A stretch of DNA of 64,000 nucleotides from Patescibacteria group bacterium (GCA_963169855.1 CAUJCN010000002.1:69508-133507), one strand, 5' to 3'; shown: positions 20,519-29,632, numbered from the stretch's first letter. The notes: generated from the letters alone by a model not told the origin. Made by a program: numbers and translations.

Positions 20519-20538
20519 TTAACATTTAACTTCATGAT

Positions 20539-20886
20539 ATGGAAGAACTATTAAGAACATTAGTAAACACAATTTTAAATGAACAATCAGATGAGGACAG
20601 AGCTAAAGCATTAGAAGTGCTAATGAGTAATTCTGCAAGAACTCTGGTTGATAAAGTTGCAGGAAGTGCAAACGAAGACCAGCAAGCTCAACTCGATCAA
20701 ATCGAAGAGGAAGATATTACTTTAGGTGATGTTGTTAGAATCTTTTCAATTGATGCTATTAGAGATAGTATGACTGATGCAGTTGTAGAAGAAGCTGGAA
20801 AGTTCATCGAAGAAAACTCTGCTCTTGTTACTGACGAAAAGATTCAGCAAATTGAGTCTGTAGTTAATCAACTCCAAACTGTATAA
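20539..20886 (+). CDS. small acidic hypothetical protein
   Basis: 115 aa, D/E-rich. Confidence 0.4.
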   Translation: MEELLRTLVNTILNEQSDEDRAKALEVLMSNSARTLVDKVAGSANEDQQAQLDQIEEEDITLGDVVRIFSIDAIRDSMTDAVVEEAGKFIEENSALVTDEKIQQIESVVNQLQTV

Positions 20887-20896
20887 GAATCTGTTA

Positions 20897-20924
20897 AAAT
20901 GCAGAGTTTATACTTTGCATTTTT
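20897..20924 (+). other. hairpin (aaaatgca / tgcatttt) immediately upstream of the tgt start
   Basis: 8-bp inverted repeat ending 3 nt before the ATG at 20928. Confidence 0.3.
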
Positions 20925-20927
20925 CAG

Positions 20928-22001
20928 ATGATTAAACCAAAATTTCCCATATTCCTACCTGACGCCACTTACGGTTCTGTTAAATCTACCACTTTTAATG
21001 ATTTAAAAGAGATTGGAACTCCTGGTGTTGTAACAACTACTCTTCATATTGAGAATGCCATTGGAAGCGAGTATATCAAGGAATTTGGAGGTATTAAGAA
21101 GTTCTTTGGTTGGGAGAATTTATTATTGACTGATAGCGGTGGATGGCAGGTTTTTTCTCTAATCAATTCTAAGGGTGCATCATCTAAAAACAAAGCTACC
21201 GAAGCTGGATGTTCTTTTGTTGATGAAAAAACTGGTAAACAAAGACTCTTAACTCCTGAGTCCTCAATTCAAATTCAATATAATTTAGACCCCGACATCC
21301 TGACTGTGCTGGATTTCCCAATCTTAGGAAATGCAACATTTGCTCAGAGAAAAGAATGTGTAAGAATAAACACAGTATGGGCTAAGAGAGCCAAGACTGC
21401 ATATGTAAATACTTATGGAGATTCGTCAGGTAAATTACTGGGGGCAGTTATTCAAGGAGGAAACGATTTCGAGTTAAGAAAGCAATCTGCTCAGGAACTT
21501 TTGGAATTGGACTTCGATTTATACAACTTTGGCGGGTTACCTCTACATACCCCAATTACTTGGAAAACTAAGTCCGAAGAAGGTTTCTACCACGAAATGC
21601 TTCAATATGTTTCCGAACTTATCCCATCAAGTAAAACCAAGTACGCAATGGGGGTTGGACAACCAACGGATATTGCATTCTGTGTAGATGTTGGTTGGCA
21701 AATTTTTGACAGTGTCCTGCCAACAAGAAATGCAAGACATGGATATTTATATGTATCCGAAGGGCAAGGAGAAGAGACGAAATCATACAAAAATCTTTCT
21801 CACGATATTTTGAGAGTTAAAAAAGAGGATTATAAATTTGATGAAAAACCTGTTGATGCCAATTGTAAATGCGAATGCTGCACCACAGTCTCTCGAGCGT
21901 ACTTAAGACACTTAATTAGAATCAACGAACCAGCAGGTTTTAGACTGGCAACAATCCATAACCTATGGTTCTATCAGAGATGGATGGAAAAACTAAACTA
22001 A
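20928..22001 (+). CDS. tgt: tRNA-guanine transglycosylase family protein (Tgt homolog) with an atypical substrate-pocket motif
   Basis: LLTDSGGWQVFSL, LTPESSIQIQ, AVIQGG, YAMGVGQPTDIA, VLPTRNARHG, zinc site CKCECC...SRAYLRHLIRINE all align to bacterial Tgt; the canonical GGLAVGE is replaced by GGLPLHT. Confidence 0.8.
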   Translation: MIKPKFPIFLPDATYGSVKSTTFNDLKEIGTPGVVTTTLHIENAIGSEYIKEFGGIKKFFGWENLLLTDSGGWQVFSLINSKGASSKNKATEAGCSFVDEKTGKQRLLTPESSIQIQYNLDPDILTVLDFPILGNATFAQRKECVRINTVWAKRAKTAYVNTYGDSSGKLLGAVIQGGNDFELRKQSAQELLELDFDLYNFGGLPLHTPITWKTKSEEGFYHEMLQYVSELIPSSKTKYAMGVGQPTDIAFCVDVGWQIFDSVLPTRNARHGYLYVSEGQGEETKSYKNLSHDILRVKKEDYKFDEKPVDANCKCECCTTVSRAYLRHLIRINEPAGFRLATIHNLWFYQRWMEKLN

Positions 22002-22009
22002 ACTAAACT
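21990..22009 (+). repeat. pentanucleotide microsatellite (AAACT)x4
   Basis: aaact repeated four times plus a partial unit; the tgt stop codon TAA (21999-22001) lies inside the repeat. Confidence 0.7.
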
Positions 22010-22230
22010 AAACCCTTGTTTCTTCTCTGAGACAATTTTAGAATAACTAGATTAATAAAGATATATGGCAAATTCAGATAATTTCTTTGATGTTTTTGTT
22101 CCTGAATCACCCACTCCATATACAGAAACTCTGTACTTAAACAATCCTATAGATTTGACCATGATGTTTCTTCCAGAAATTAAGGAAAGAAAACAATCTT
22201 TTACATGACTAATTATTTTCAATATTAAAT

Positions 22231-22626
22231 ATGAATGAATCCTCCTTAATGCCGCTTCCAAATATTATGGAATATAAGTATAGAAACGCTCTTATCGCCT
22301 GTCATATACTTTCTGAATCTGCTCAAAACGACATTGGAAACAGAATTCATTCACCAAAACCATATCTTAAAATTATATTAAAGGCACTGGCTTTGCTAAG
22401 CGAACGGTCATATAGAACAATTCCTGGAGAAATTGATAGTTTAAGATATGTTCGCTGGAATGACGAAGACTTGGCAAGGCGAGATCATAACAATTTGTGC
22501 GACATTAGAGATTTTTTTAATCAAACTATCCAACAATATCCCGATGTTTGCGCAGAACTATTTGAAGAAGAAAAATGCTTATTTCAAACAAGAGAAGGCC
22601 ATGACGAAAAGATGCTAGAAAGTTGA
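22231..22626 (+). CDS. hypothetical protein
   Basis: 131-aa ORF with no motif recognised. Confidence 0.35.
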   Translation: MNESSLMPLPNIMEYKYRNALIACHILSESAQNDIGNRIHSPKPYLKIILKALALLSERSYRTIPGEIDSLRYVRWNDEDLARRDHNNLCDIRDFFNQTIQQYPDVCAELFEEEKCLFQTREGHDEKMLES

Positions 22627-22651
22627 GTAGCCATCAGATATAATCAACAGT

Positions 22652-23677
22652 ATGAATATCGAATCCAAGTATTACAATTTTAATGAAATCAAGTTTTCTG
22701 TAGACGCAGAATTACTATCAGCTGGGAATCCAGAAGAGGTTGCTGCAGTATGGAGAAAATACCTAGGAAAAGACGGTCTTGTGACTGAAATGCTAAAGAA
22801 AATTAAAGATATCGCACCTGAAGAAAGAAAGCAGTACGGGAACGATATCAACCTTTTAAAGAATTATCTTGATGAATATATAAACTCGAAAAGAGGAACT
22901 TTATTAGATACCGACAAAAATGCTTATTTTGCTCAAATTTTGGAGAATCCAGTATACGAAGCGCCAAAGGTGGGTCATTTACACCCTCTAACAGAAACTA
23001 CAATGCAAATGAACGAAGTCTTCAGAAGATTAGGGTTCAGCATTATGGACGGACCCGAACTAGAAACTGATGAATATTGTTTCCAAAGACTAAATTTGCC
23101 TTTGCATCACCCTGCAAGAGATTTACAAGATAGCATTTTCATCGAAGAACCTAATGTTCTTTTAAGAACTCAAACATCTTCAATCGAAGCTAGAGTTCTA
23201 GAAAGCTACGAACCACCATTCAAAGTTGTAATGCCTGGAAGAGTTTACAGAAACGAAAAAGTTAATAGAACAAATCATTTTACATTTCACCAATATCAGT
23301 TAACTGTTGTGAAAGAAAAAGTCAGTATGTCTGAATTGTTCTCTGTAATTGATTATCTTTTCAAATCGGTTTTCGGTGAAGATGTTAAAACCAGGTTCAG
23401 ATGTAAATATTACCCAGAAGTTGAGCCTGGGGTAGGACCAGACATGCTTTGTTTTAACTGCAAGGGAGATGGTTGCCCAATTTGCAAAAATCGAGGTTGG
23501 ATCGAGATGGGAGGAGCAGGAATTATTCATCCTAATGTTATGAAGATGGCTGGCTTAGATCCTACTAAATATCAAGGATACGCATTTGGAATGGGATTAG
23601 ACAGGTGGACAATGGCTCGACACGGAATTGACGACATCAGAACTCTTCTAGATGGAAATTTAGTTTACAAAAACTAA
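22652..23677 (+). CDS. pheS: phenylalanine--tRNA ligase alpha subunit
   Basis: class II motifs FQRLNLPLHHPARDLQDS, RTQTSSIEAR, GFAFGMGLDRWTM; CxxC...CxxC insertion before motif 3; no pheT adjacent. Confidence 0.9.
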   Translation: MNIESKYYNFNEIKFSVDAELLSAGNPEEVAAVWRKYLGKDGLVTEMLKKIKDIAPEERKQYGNDINLLKNYLDEYINSKRGTLLDTDKNAYFAQILENPVYEAPKVGHLHPLTETTMQMNEVFRRLGFSIMDGPELETDEYCFQRLNLPLHHPARDLQDSIFIEEPNVLLRTQTSSIEARVLESYEPPFKVVMPGRVYRNEKVNRTNHFTFHQYQLTVVKEKVSMSELFSVIDYLFKSVFGEDVKTRFRCKYYPEVEPGVGPDMLCFNCKGDGCPICKNRGWIEMGGAGIIHPNVMKMAGLDPTKYQGYAFGMGLDRWTMARHGIDDIRTLLDGNLVYKN

Positions 23678-24207
23678 ACCCACAGTTTTTTCAATTTGGG
23701 ATTATCCGTAAACACTCGTCCTAATCTTTCGAACGCAACTCTAATTTGCTTGGAGTGTTCATCAGTGTAGTAATTCTCTCTTCTTTCCAATACATCCAAC
23801 AGAAGATTGATAGCATTCTGAAGATTCCACCCTGTAAGTTCTAATGGGGCATCCCAGAGTTTGTTACTTTCGTATAGTTTAATATCCCCTGGATATATTC
23901 TAGAAGTGTGCTCTAGAATATATTTGTCAAAGAAACGTTTTAGATCTGTAAGAGCTTTTTTAAAAGCTCCTTCTGTTACGGTACCTAAATCAATTCCATT
24001 AAATTCACCCGAATCTCCGTTGATCCAACCAGATTCAACATCTCGAATCACTGTAGGTAAAGTATCCCAGACTTTCTTATCTTTTAAGTTCAGATCGGGA
24101 TAAAATTTCAAATTTTCTTTACTGATTAAACTACTTGAAGAGTATGCTAGCAACATATCTTTAATTCCTTGCTGTGGTTTAAAAAGTGCTGATTTTAAGT
24201 CAACCAA
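23674..24207 (-). CDS. hypothetical protein (TTG start; probably the C-terminal part of a frameshifted longer gene)
   Basis: 177 aa; its frame stays open upstream (IEDALAQPQSATDRVRIL...) into the 3' end of ORF 24218..24538. Confidence 0.4.
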   Translation of the reverse strand: MVDLKSALFKPQQGIKDMLLAYSSSSLISKENLKFYPDLNLKDKKVWDTLPTVIRDVESGWINGDSGEFNGIDLGTVTEGAFKKALTDLKRFFDKYILEHTSRIYPGDIKLYESNKLWDAPLELTGWNLQNAINLLLDVLERRENYYTDEHSKQIRVAFERLGRVFTDNPKLKKLWV

Positions 24208-24217
24208 AATTCTAACT

Positions 24218-24538
24218 CTATCTGTAGCTGATTGTGGTTGTGCTAATGCGTCTTCTATGGGCGAACAAACCTCTTATTGCGACTAAATCTGTTGCAGGTA
24301 ATTTATACTCATCTGCAATTCTGTATAGAAAACCTGTTAACTTATTAAGTTTATCGGGAAGCTTATTAAATCTATCAGAAGTAACTATTAATTTTTCGAG
24401 TTCATCAACCCATAACTGTGCTTCTTTAATAACAATTCGCCCGTTATCTATTTCTGGGAAATCTGAAGGGTGAAAGTCTTTACGTTTAGTTAAGGTAGGT
24501 CGCTCAGATCGAACTAAAGCTTCAAAAGGATGATCCAT
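24218..24538 (-). CDS. hypothetical protein (probably the N-terminal part of the same frameshifted gene)
   Basis: 106 aa, ends 10 nt upstream of the next ORF in a different frame. Confidence 0.35.
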   Translation of the reverse strand: MDHPFEALVRSERPTLTKRKDFHPSDFPEIDNGRIVIKEAQLWVDELEKLIVTSDRFNKLPDKLNKLTGFLYRIADEYKLPATDLVAIRGLFAHRRRISTTTISYR

Positions 24539-24681
24539 CTAAAGAGTTAATATACAATATTGTACACTATTTGATCCATTAATCCACAGGTTTGAATCTA
24601 CCCAAATAGTCCAATATATAATATAATTGCGAGATTCAATTTTTAATCTTTTGAATTTTTAAATTTTAGACTTTCTCAAAT

Positions 24682-25239
24682 ATGGCAATGACAATGGAAA
24701 TTTCGAGAGGAATGATTATTAAATTTAATAATGAACCTCATATTATTATAGAAAAAGAATTCTACTCACCAGGAAAAGGTGGTTCATTCAACAAGACTAG
24801 ATTAAAGAGCATCAAGACTGGAAAAATCATTGCTAATGTTTTCAAGTCAGAAGAAAAAGTAGAAGAAATTGAGGTAAATACAATGACTGTTCAATTTGTT
24901 TATATTGACGGAGAAAACGCAGTTTTCATGGATCCAAATACTTACGAACAAATGAACGTTGCTTTGAGCATGATTGAAGGTGGAATTGATTTTCTTCACA
25001 CAGAAGCAAAATACATCGCTAAGATTTACGAAGGTGAAGTTATTTTCTTACAACTTCCTCCAAAGATTACTCTTTTAGTAACAGAAACGCCTGATGCAGT
25101 AAAAGGAGATACAACTAGTGGTGCTTATAAAGATGCTACATTAGAAACTGGAGCAGTTGTAAAAGTTCCTTTGTTTATTAAAGCTGGACAAAAGATTATC
25201 GTAAATACAGAAGACAGAGCTTACTTCAGCAAGGAGTAG
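24682..25239 (+). CDS. efp: elongation factor P
   Basis: 185 aa; SPGKGGSF loop, which would carry the conserved modified Lys by alignment, and overall EF-P pattern. Confidence 0.9.
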   Translation: MAMTMEISRGMIIKFNNEPHIIIEKEFYSPGKGGSFNKTRLKSIKTGKIIANVFKSEEKVEEIEVNTMTVQFVYIDGENAVFMDPNTYEQMNVALSMIEGGIDFLHTEAKYIAKIYEGEVIFLQLPPKITLLVTETPDAVKGDTTSGAYKDATLETGAVVKVPLFIKAGQKIIVNTEDRAYFSKE

Positions 25240-25261
25240 TACATAAATCCCCACCAGACCC

Positions 25262-25326
25262 TTCGACAAGCTCAGGGTGACAGGTGGAGAATAAATCTTT
25301 AACATTGTCATATTGAGCTTGTCGAA
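25262..25326 (+). other. long hairpin between efp and epmA (13-bp perfect stem, ~39-nt loop)
   Basis: ttcgacaagctca (25262-25274) pairs with tgagcttgtcgaa (25314-25326). Confidence 0.45.
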
Positions 25327-25346
25327 ATATACAATGTTTTTTACAT

Positions 25347-26432
25347 ATGGAGAATTCAATTCCAACTTGGAAGCTTTTAAAACGGAATCCACACCTTTTT
25401 CAGAGATATTTCGTAAAGGAATATATGATTCACGCTTGTCGTGAATTCTTTCTGGCTAGAAATTATCACGAGCTTGAAAGTCCTATAATGACTCCAGCAT
25501 TACCTCAGGAAAGATATATGAGTCCTTTGCACACTACAGTTACATTTGGAGATGGTTCAACTAAGAAGTTATACATTACCCCAACTACAGAAACTTTCAA
25601 TAAAAAGATTTTAGCCGCAGGACTTGGAGAGCATTTTGTTATTACAAAAGTTGCAAGAGGTTTGGAACAAATTGGTCATAACCACAACCCAGAATTCACA
25701 ATGTTGGAGTGGTATCACCTAGATGCTACCTACAAAGATATTATGTCTGATTGCGAAGAACTTTTCAGATTTATAAAAAAGAAATTAGATGAAAAGTTTA
25801 CAGAAAATCTCCCTCACCCAGATTATGTTTTCGGTGACAAAATATTTTATGCAGGAAATGTTATCGATATTTCTGAAGGCTGGGATAGGTTATCGATACC
25901 TGAAGCTTTAAAAGACATTTGTGGAATCGATTTAGTAGAAATTCAAGATATCGAGAAATTTAGAGAAGTAGCTAGAGCAAAAGGCTACAATGTTTCAGAT
26001 ACTGACGACTGGCAGATAATCTTTGAACTTATCTTTGCTTCTGAAATTGAGCCAACATTCAGTAAAACTAATCCAACTTTTGTTTACAACTATCCTAAAA
26101 TCATGTGTCCACTAACTCAGGAAAATGCAGAGAACCCATTAGTCTGCGAAAAGGTTGAAGTTTACATTGCAGGGAAAGAACTAGGAAATGGTTATACAGA
26201 GCTTAGGGATTGGGAAGAACAGTACAAAAGATTCAAGATCGAAGAAGAAGCGAGAGAGGAGTTAGGATTAGAAAAAATAGAATTTGACCATGATCTTGTA
26301 GATGCGCTAAAAGAAGGCTTACCAAACGTAGCAGGAATCGGAGTTGGGCTAGATAGAGTTGCAATGCTATTTGCGAATGCTAAATATATTTCCGAAGTAA
26401 ATTACTTCCCTGGTTCCGACTGGAGTTTATGA
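25347..26432 (+). CDS. epmA: EF-P beta-lysyltransferase EpmA (GenX/PoxA), truncated LysRS paralog
   Basis: class II motif 2 HNPEFTMLEWY; motif 3 GIGVGLDRVAMLF; no anticodon-binding domain; adjacent to efp. Confidence 0.75.
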   Translation: MENSIPTWKLLKRNPHLFQRYFVKEYMIHACREFFLARNYHELESPIMTPALPQERYMSPLHTTVTFGDGSTKKLYITPTTETFNKKILAAGLGEHFVITKVARGLEQIGHNHNPEFTMLEWYHLDATYKDIMSDCEELFRFIKKKLDEKFTENLPHPDYVFGDKIFYAGNVIDISEGWDRLSIPEALKDICGIDLVEIQDIEKFREVARAKGYNVSDTDDWQIIFELIFASEIEPTFSKTNPTFVYNYPKIMCPLTQENAENPLVCEKVEVYIAGKELGNGYTELRDWEEQYKRFKIEEEAREELGLEKIEFDHDLVDALKEGLPNVAGIGVGLDRVAMLFANAKYISEVNYFPGSDWSL

Positions 26433-27196
26433 AAAACTCAAACGACTCAGTTTCAAAATACTACAACATAGTCAGCAATTATATTAAACCTACTGAAATT
26501 ACCAAACAGGAAATAAGTTTAATTAAAGACATTAAAGCTCCTGGAGTAAAAGTTCTAGACATTGGATGTGGAACAGGAAGGCACTCTATTCCACTTATAG
26601 AAAATGGTTACGAGGTTTACGGAGTCGAAGAAAGTGAAGGAATGCTTAATCAACTAAAGTTTAATATCAAAGATCAAAGTAGTGAAAGAGATCCCGGATT
26701 AAATCCGGGATCTGGTTACGCTTCCCATTTCCAAAATATAAGCATTTTTGATTTTCAATCTGAAGTTAAATTTGATCTGATTGTCATGTTCTGGAATACT
26801 TTCAACGAGATTGCTTTATCCGATGAAATTGCAGTAGAACTGGTTCGGAAATTAGAAACATTGTTAAGTCCATCTGGGCAGATTCTAATCAACTCCGACA
26901 ACCCAGGAACCAGAAGTTCAGATTTATACAACTACAATTACTCAATCAGTAAAGACAACGTAAACATTGATTACAGCTGGGAAGTTCTTTCTAAAGATGT
27001 AAATAATGTGACCACATCGCACGAAACGATTAACGTTACTACTAATTCAGAATCTAAATTCTTTGAAACCACTATAAAGCAAAGATGGTACAGCGTTTTA
27101 GATTATAAGAATTTGTTTGAAAAATTTAATTTCAAAGTAGAGGAGCGACACATTTCTGGAAGTGGGGAAATGTACTTACTAATCAGCAGAGTTTAA
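26429..27196 (+). CDS. class I SAM-dependent methyltransferase
   Basis: VLDIGCGTGRHS motif I. Confidence 0.65.
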   Translation: MKNSNDSVSKYYNIVSNYIKPTEITKQEISLIKDIKAPGVKVLDIGCGTGRHSIPLIENGYEVYGVEESEGMLNQLKFNIKDQSSERDPGLNPGSGYASHFQNISIFDFQSEVKFDLIVMFWNTFNEIALSDEIAVELVRKLETLLSPSGQILINSDNPGTRSSDLYNYNYSISKDNVNIDYSWEVLSKDVNNVTTSHETINVTTNSESKFFETTIKQRWYSVLDYKNLFEKFNFKVEERHISGSGEMYLLISRV

Positions 27197-28380
27197 AGAT
27201 CTAAACTACCTTCATCTCCTAATCTCCAATACGCGATCCCTTTAATTCCGTATTTTGATGCTAATTCTTTACGAGCTTGGAAACTCTGTTCGTTTGGATA
27301 AACAACCACCCTGTTCACTCCGTTAAAATTGTATCGCAAAACCATTTCCTGCCAAGAAGAATTGTATTCCTCTGTATATTCGTACTTTGATTTAATAACC
27401 TCTACAGAGTTGTTATAGAGTGGAGTTCCGGGTTCATGCTCAGTAGTTCGGCTATATGCCACAGGACTGTAAATTTCTATTTGATTTCCGGCTATTTCCC
27501 TAGAAGCCCAGTCGTATGAGTATGTAGGAACACCAAGAACAATCTTTTCCCTCGGAACTCCATTAGCAACAGCAAATTTTATAGATGATTCTAACCAATT
27601 AACTGGTGCTACAGGTCCTATAACTTGGCTATTAGTCCAGAATAGGTCGTAAGTCATTATTCTCAATTCATCTACGTATTTGGCCATCTCAGCGTAATCT
27701 TGAACCTTTCTAGTTTGAGGACTTCCTGTGTATCTTAGACTTTTGTACCAGATTGGAAGAACTGCAAATGTCAGAATTTTATTATTTTGATGAAGACGAG
27801 TAGAGAGCCTATCTAAAAATTTGAAGAAGTTCTTTTTATCTTTAAGGTAAATTACTTCGTAATCAAGATCGATTCCTCTGTAGTTATTAGTATTTACGAG
27901 ATTCATTATGTCTTCGACGTGCTTATTCATTGATTCTTCTGAGCTTAAAACAAACGAGAATTTATCAACATTCAACTGTAAAATGGAAGGAACGAGATCT
28001 ATACCTTCATTTTCAGTAAATCTTGTAATTCCAGGACCATTGGCAAGTTGAGTCTCTTTTATTTCTCCTTCTTCCTCTAACGTAAACCAAACAGGGCTAA
28101 CATAATCAAACTCAGGATTATTTTCGAGAGATTCAAGACCGCTATTCATGTCCCAATCTGGGATCCAACCACCTACAACTATGTCTGAGGGAGCTGCAGC
28201 TTGGGTAATTTTATTTATATTTTCTACTTCTATATCCAGTACAGTTTTATAACTGATTTCTAGTTCTGTGTATCTAGTTTCTGTAGTTTCTTTTACTTCA
28301 CGATTTGATGCAAGAAATATTGCCGAAGCAATAAGTGCAGGGATAAGCAGCAATTGTAATCCAATAAAGACTTTTGACAT
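27193..28380 (-). CDS. glycoside hydrolase family 18-like protein (membrane-anchored)
   Basis: N-terminal TM anchor; DxxDxDxE-type motif GIDLDYE; MTYDLF motif. Confidence 0.65.
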   Translation of the reverse strand: MSKVFIGLQLLLIPALIASAIFLASNREVKETTETRYTELEISYKTVLDIEVENINKITQAAAPSDIVVGGWIPDWDMNSGLESLENNPEFDYVSPVWFTLEEEGEIKETQLANGPGITRFTENEGIDLVPSILQLNVDKFSFVLSSEESMNKHVEDIMNLVNTNNYRGIDLDYEVIYLKDKKNFFKFLDRLSTRLHQNNKILTFAVLPIWYKSLRYTGSPQTRKVQDYAEMAKYVDELRIMTYDLFWTNSQVIGPVAPVNWLESSIKFAVANGVPREKIVLGVPTYSYDWASREIAGNQIEIYSPVAYSRTTEHEPGTPLYNNSVEVIKSKYEYTEEYNSSWQEMVLRYNFNGVNRVVVYPNEQSFQARKELASKYGIKGIAYWRLGDEGSLDL

Positions 28381-28388
28381 TGTTAGGT

Positions 28389-29534
28389 TTATTCTACAAA
28401 TCCAATCTCAGATGGTTTTTCTACTTCTGTTGAAGTTATAGAAATTACTTCGCCCGAGATTTTGTAAACGTCTTTATCTATCTTTTTGTATTCGTTTCTA
28501 GCATCGTTAAATGCACCCACTGATGTTCCGAGACTTCTTCCAAGTTTTTCCATATTTTGTTCGAAACTTGCTAAGTGTTTCTGAAGTTTCATTACGTTTT
28601 CTTTAATTTCCGAAGCTTGTTCCTCAATTTTAAGCATGTTCAAACCTTGTAAAACTGTTTGTAGATATGCCAAGAACGAAGTTGGAGAAACAATAATTAC
28701 TCCTTTTTGTTTAAATGCGTATTCAATTAAATCGTGTGTGTTCGTTTTTACAGCACCAACTTGATTAATTAGTAAATCATAGTAAATTCCTTCACTAGGA
28801 ATAAACATGAATGCAAATTGCATTGTGCCTTCGTCTGGTCGGATGTATTTCGAAGTTTCATCAATTCTATTTTTTAAGTCTTGTTTGAATATTTTCTCTA
28901 ATTTTTCTTTTTCTGCAATATTATCTTCGTTAATAATCCTATTATAATTCTCCAGCGAGAATTTAGAATCAATAGGAATAATCTTATCTTTAACTTTTAC
29001 GATTGCGTCGACAATTTCTCCATTTTTGAATTTGTATTGCATTTCGTAAGATGACGGTGGCATAACGTTTTTCAACAGTGTTTCTAGAAAGTATTCACCT
29101 AGAATCCCTCTTTGTTTAGGATTTGTAAGAATGTTCTCTAAACTTTGTAACTGACCTGCAAATCCAACCACTTGCTTGTTTGTTTCATCAAGTTTTGTAA
29201 GTTTCTCAGTAACTTCTTTAATAATTTTACTTGCAGAATCACTCGCATCTTTGGACGATTTCTGGGTCATTTGAAACTGCTGAATAAGACTTGTTTGCGT
29301 TTTATTCATTTGATCGTTTAATGTGGAATTTTGTTCCTTTAGACGATCATTCATTTCCTTGTTCAATCTATCAAGTCTTTCTGCCTGCATTTGGGAGATT
29401 GAATTGATTTGACTTTGCAAAAGTTGCATTGAATCTGTCGATGGGCCAGTACTTTTGTTTTTATTCAAAAGTGTGAATACTAATCCGATAAGGATTACCA
29501 AAAGAATTATTACAGCGATTATCAATATTTCCAT
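28389..29534 (-). CDS. rmuC: DNA recombination protein RmuC
   Basis: N-terminal TM plus coiled coil, then FAFMFIPSEGIYYDLL and VIIVSPTSFLAYL. Confidence 0.75.
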   Translation of the reverse strand: MEILIIAVIILLVILIGLVFTLLNKNKSTGPSTDSMQLLQSQINSISQMQAERLDRLNKEMNDRLKEQNSTLNDQMNKTQTSLIQQFQMTQKSSKDASDSASKIIKEVTEKLTKLDETNKQVVGFAGQLQSLENILTNPKQRGILGEYFLETLLKNVMPPSSYEMQYKFKNGEIVDAIVKVKDKIIPIDSKFSLENYNRIINEDNIAEKEKLEKIFKQDLKNRIDETSKYIRPDEGTMQFAFMFIPSEGIYYDLLINQVGAVKTNTHDLIEYAFKQKGVIIVSPTSFLAYLQTVLQGLNMLKIEEQASEIKENVMKLQKHLASFEQNMEKLGRSLGTSVGAFNDARNEYKKIDKDVYKISGEVISITSTEVEKPSEIGFVE

Positions 29535-29606
29535 ACTATTTGTTTAAAAAGTGACTTTAATAATTGTACCATCTTCATGTTTTGCAAACTTTGTAATCTT
29601 CCATAC

Positions 29607-29631
29607 AGATCCCGCACTTGATGCGGGATCT
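29607..29631. repeat. GC-rich palindromic hairpin (copy 1), likely the miaA terminator
   Basis: agatcccgca-cttga-tgcgggatct; reverse-complement copy at 56042..56066. Confidence 0.6.
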
Positions 29632-29632
29632 C

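Noticed and set aside
20928-22001. Considered calling the Tgt homolog a DpdA-type DNA transglycosylase
   Set aside because: No ParB-like dpdB or helicase partners nearby, and the zinc subdomain typical of tRNA-acting Tgt is intact; kept as a Tgt-family call with the pocket anomaly flagged
22052-22261. 69-aa minus-strand ORF, and a 47-aa plus-strand ORF 22065..22208 (MANSDNFFDVFVPESPTPYTETLY...)
   Set aside because: The minus ORF is low-complexity; the plus ORF is plausible but too short to support without homology, so neither is listed as a feature
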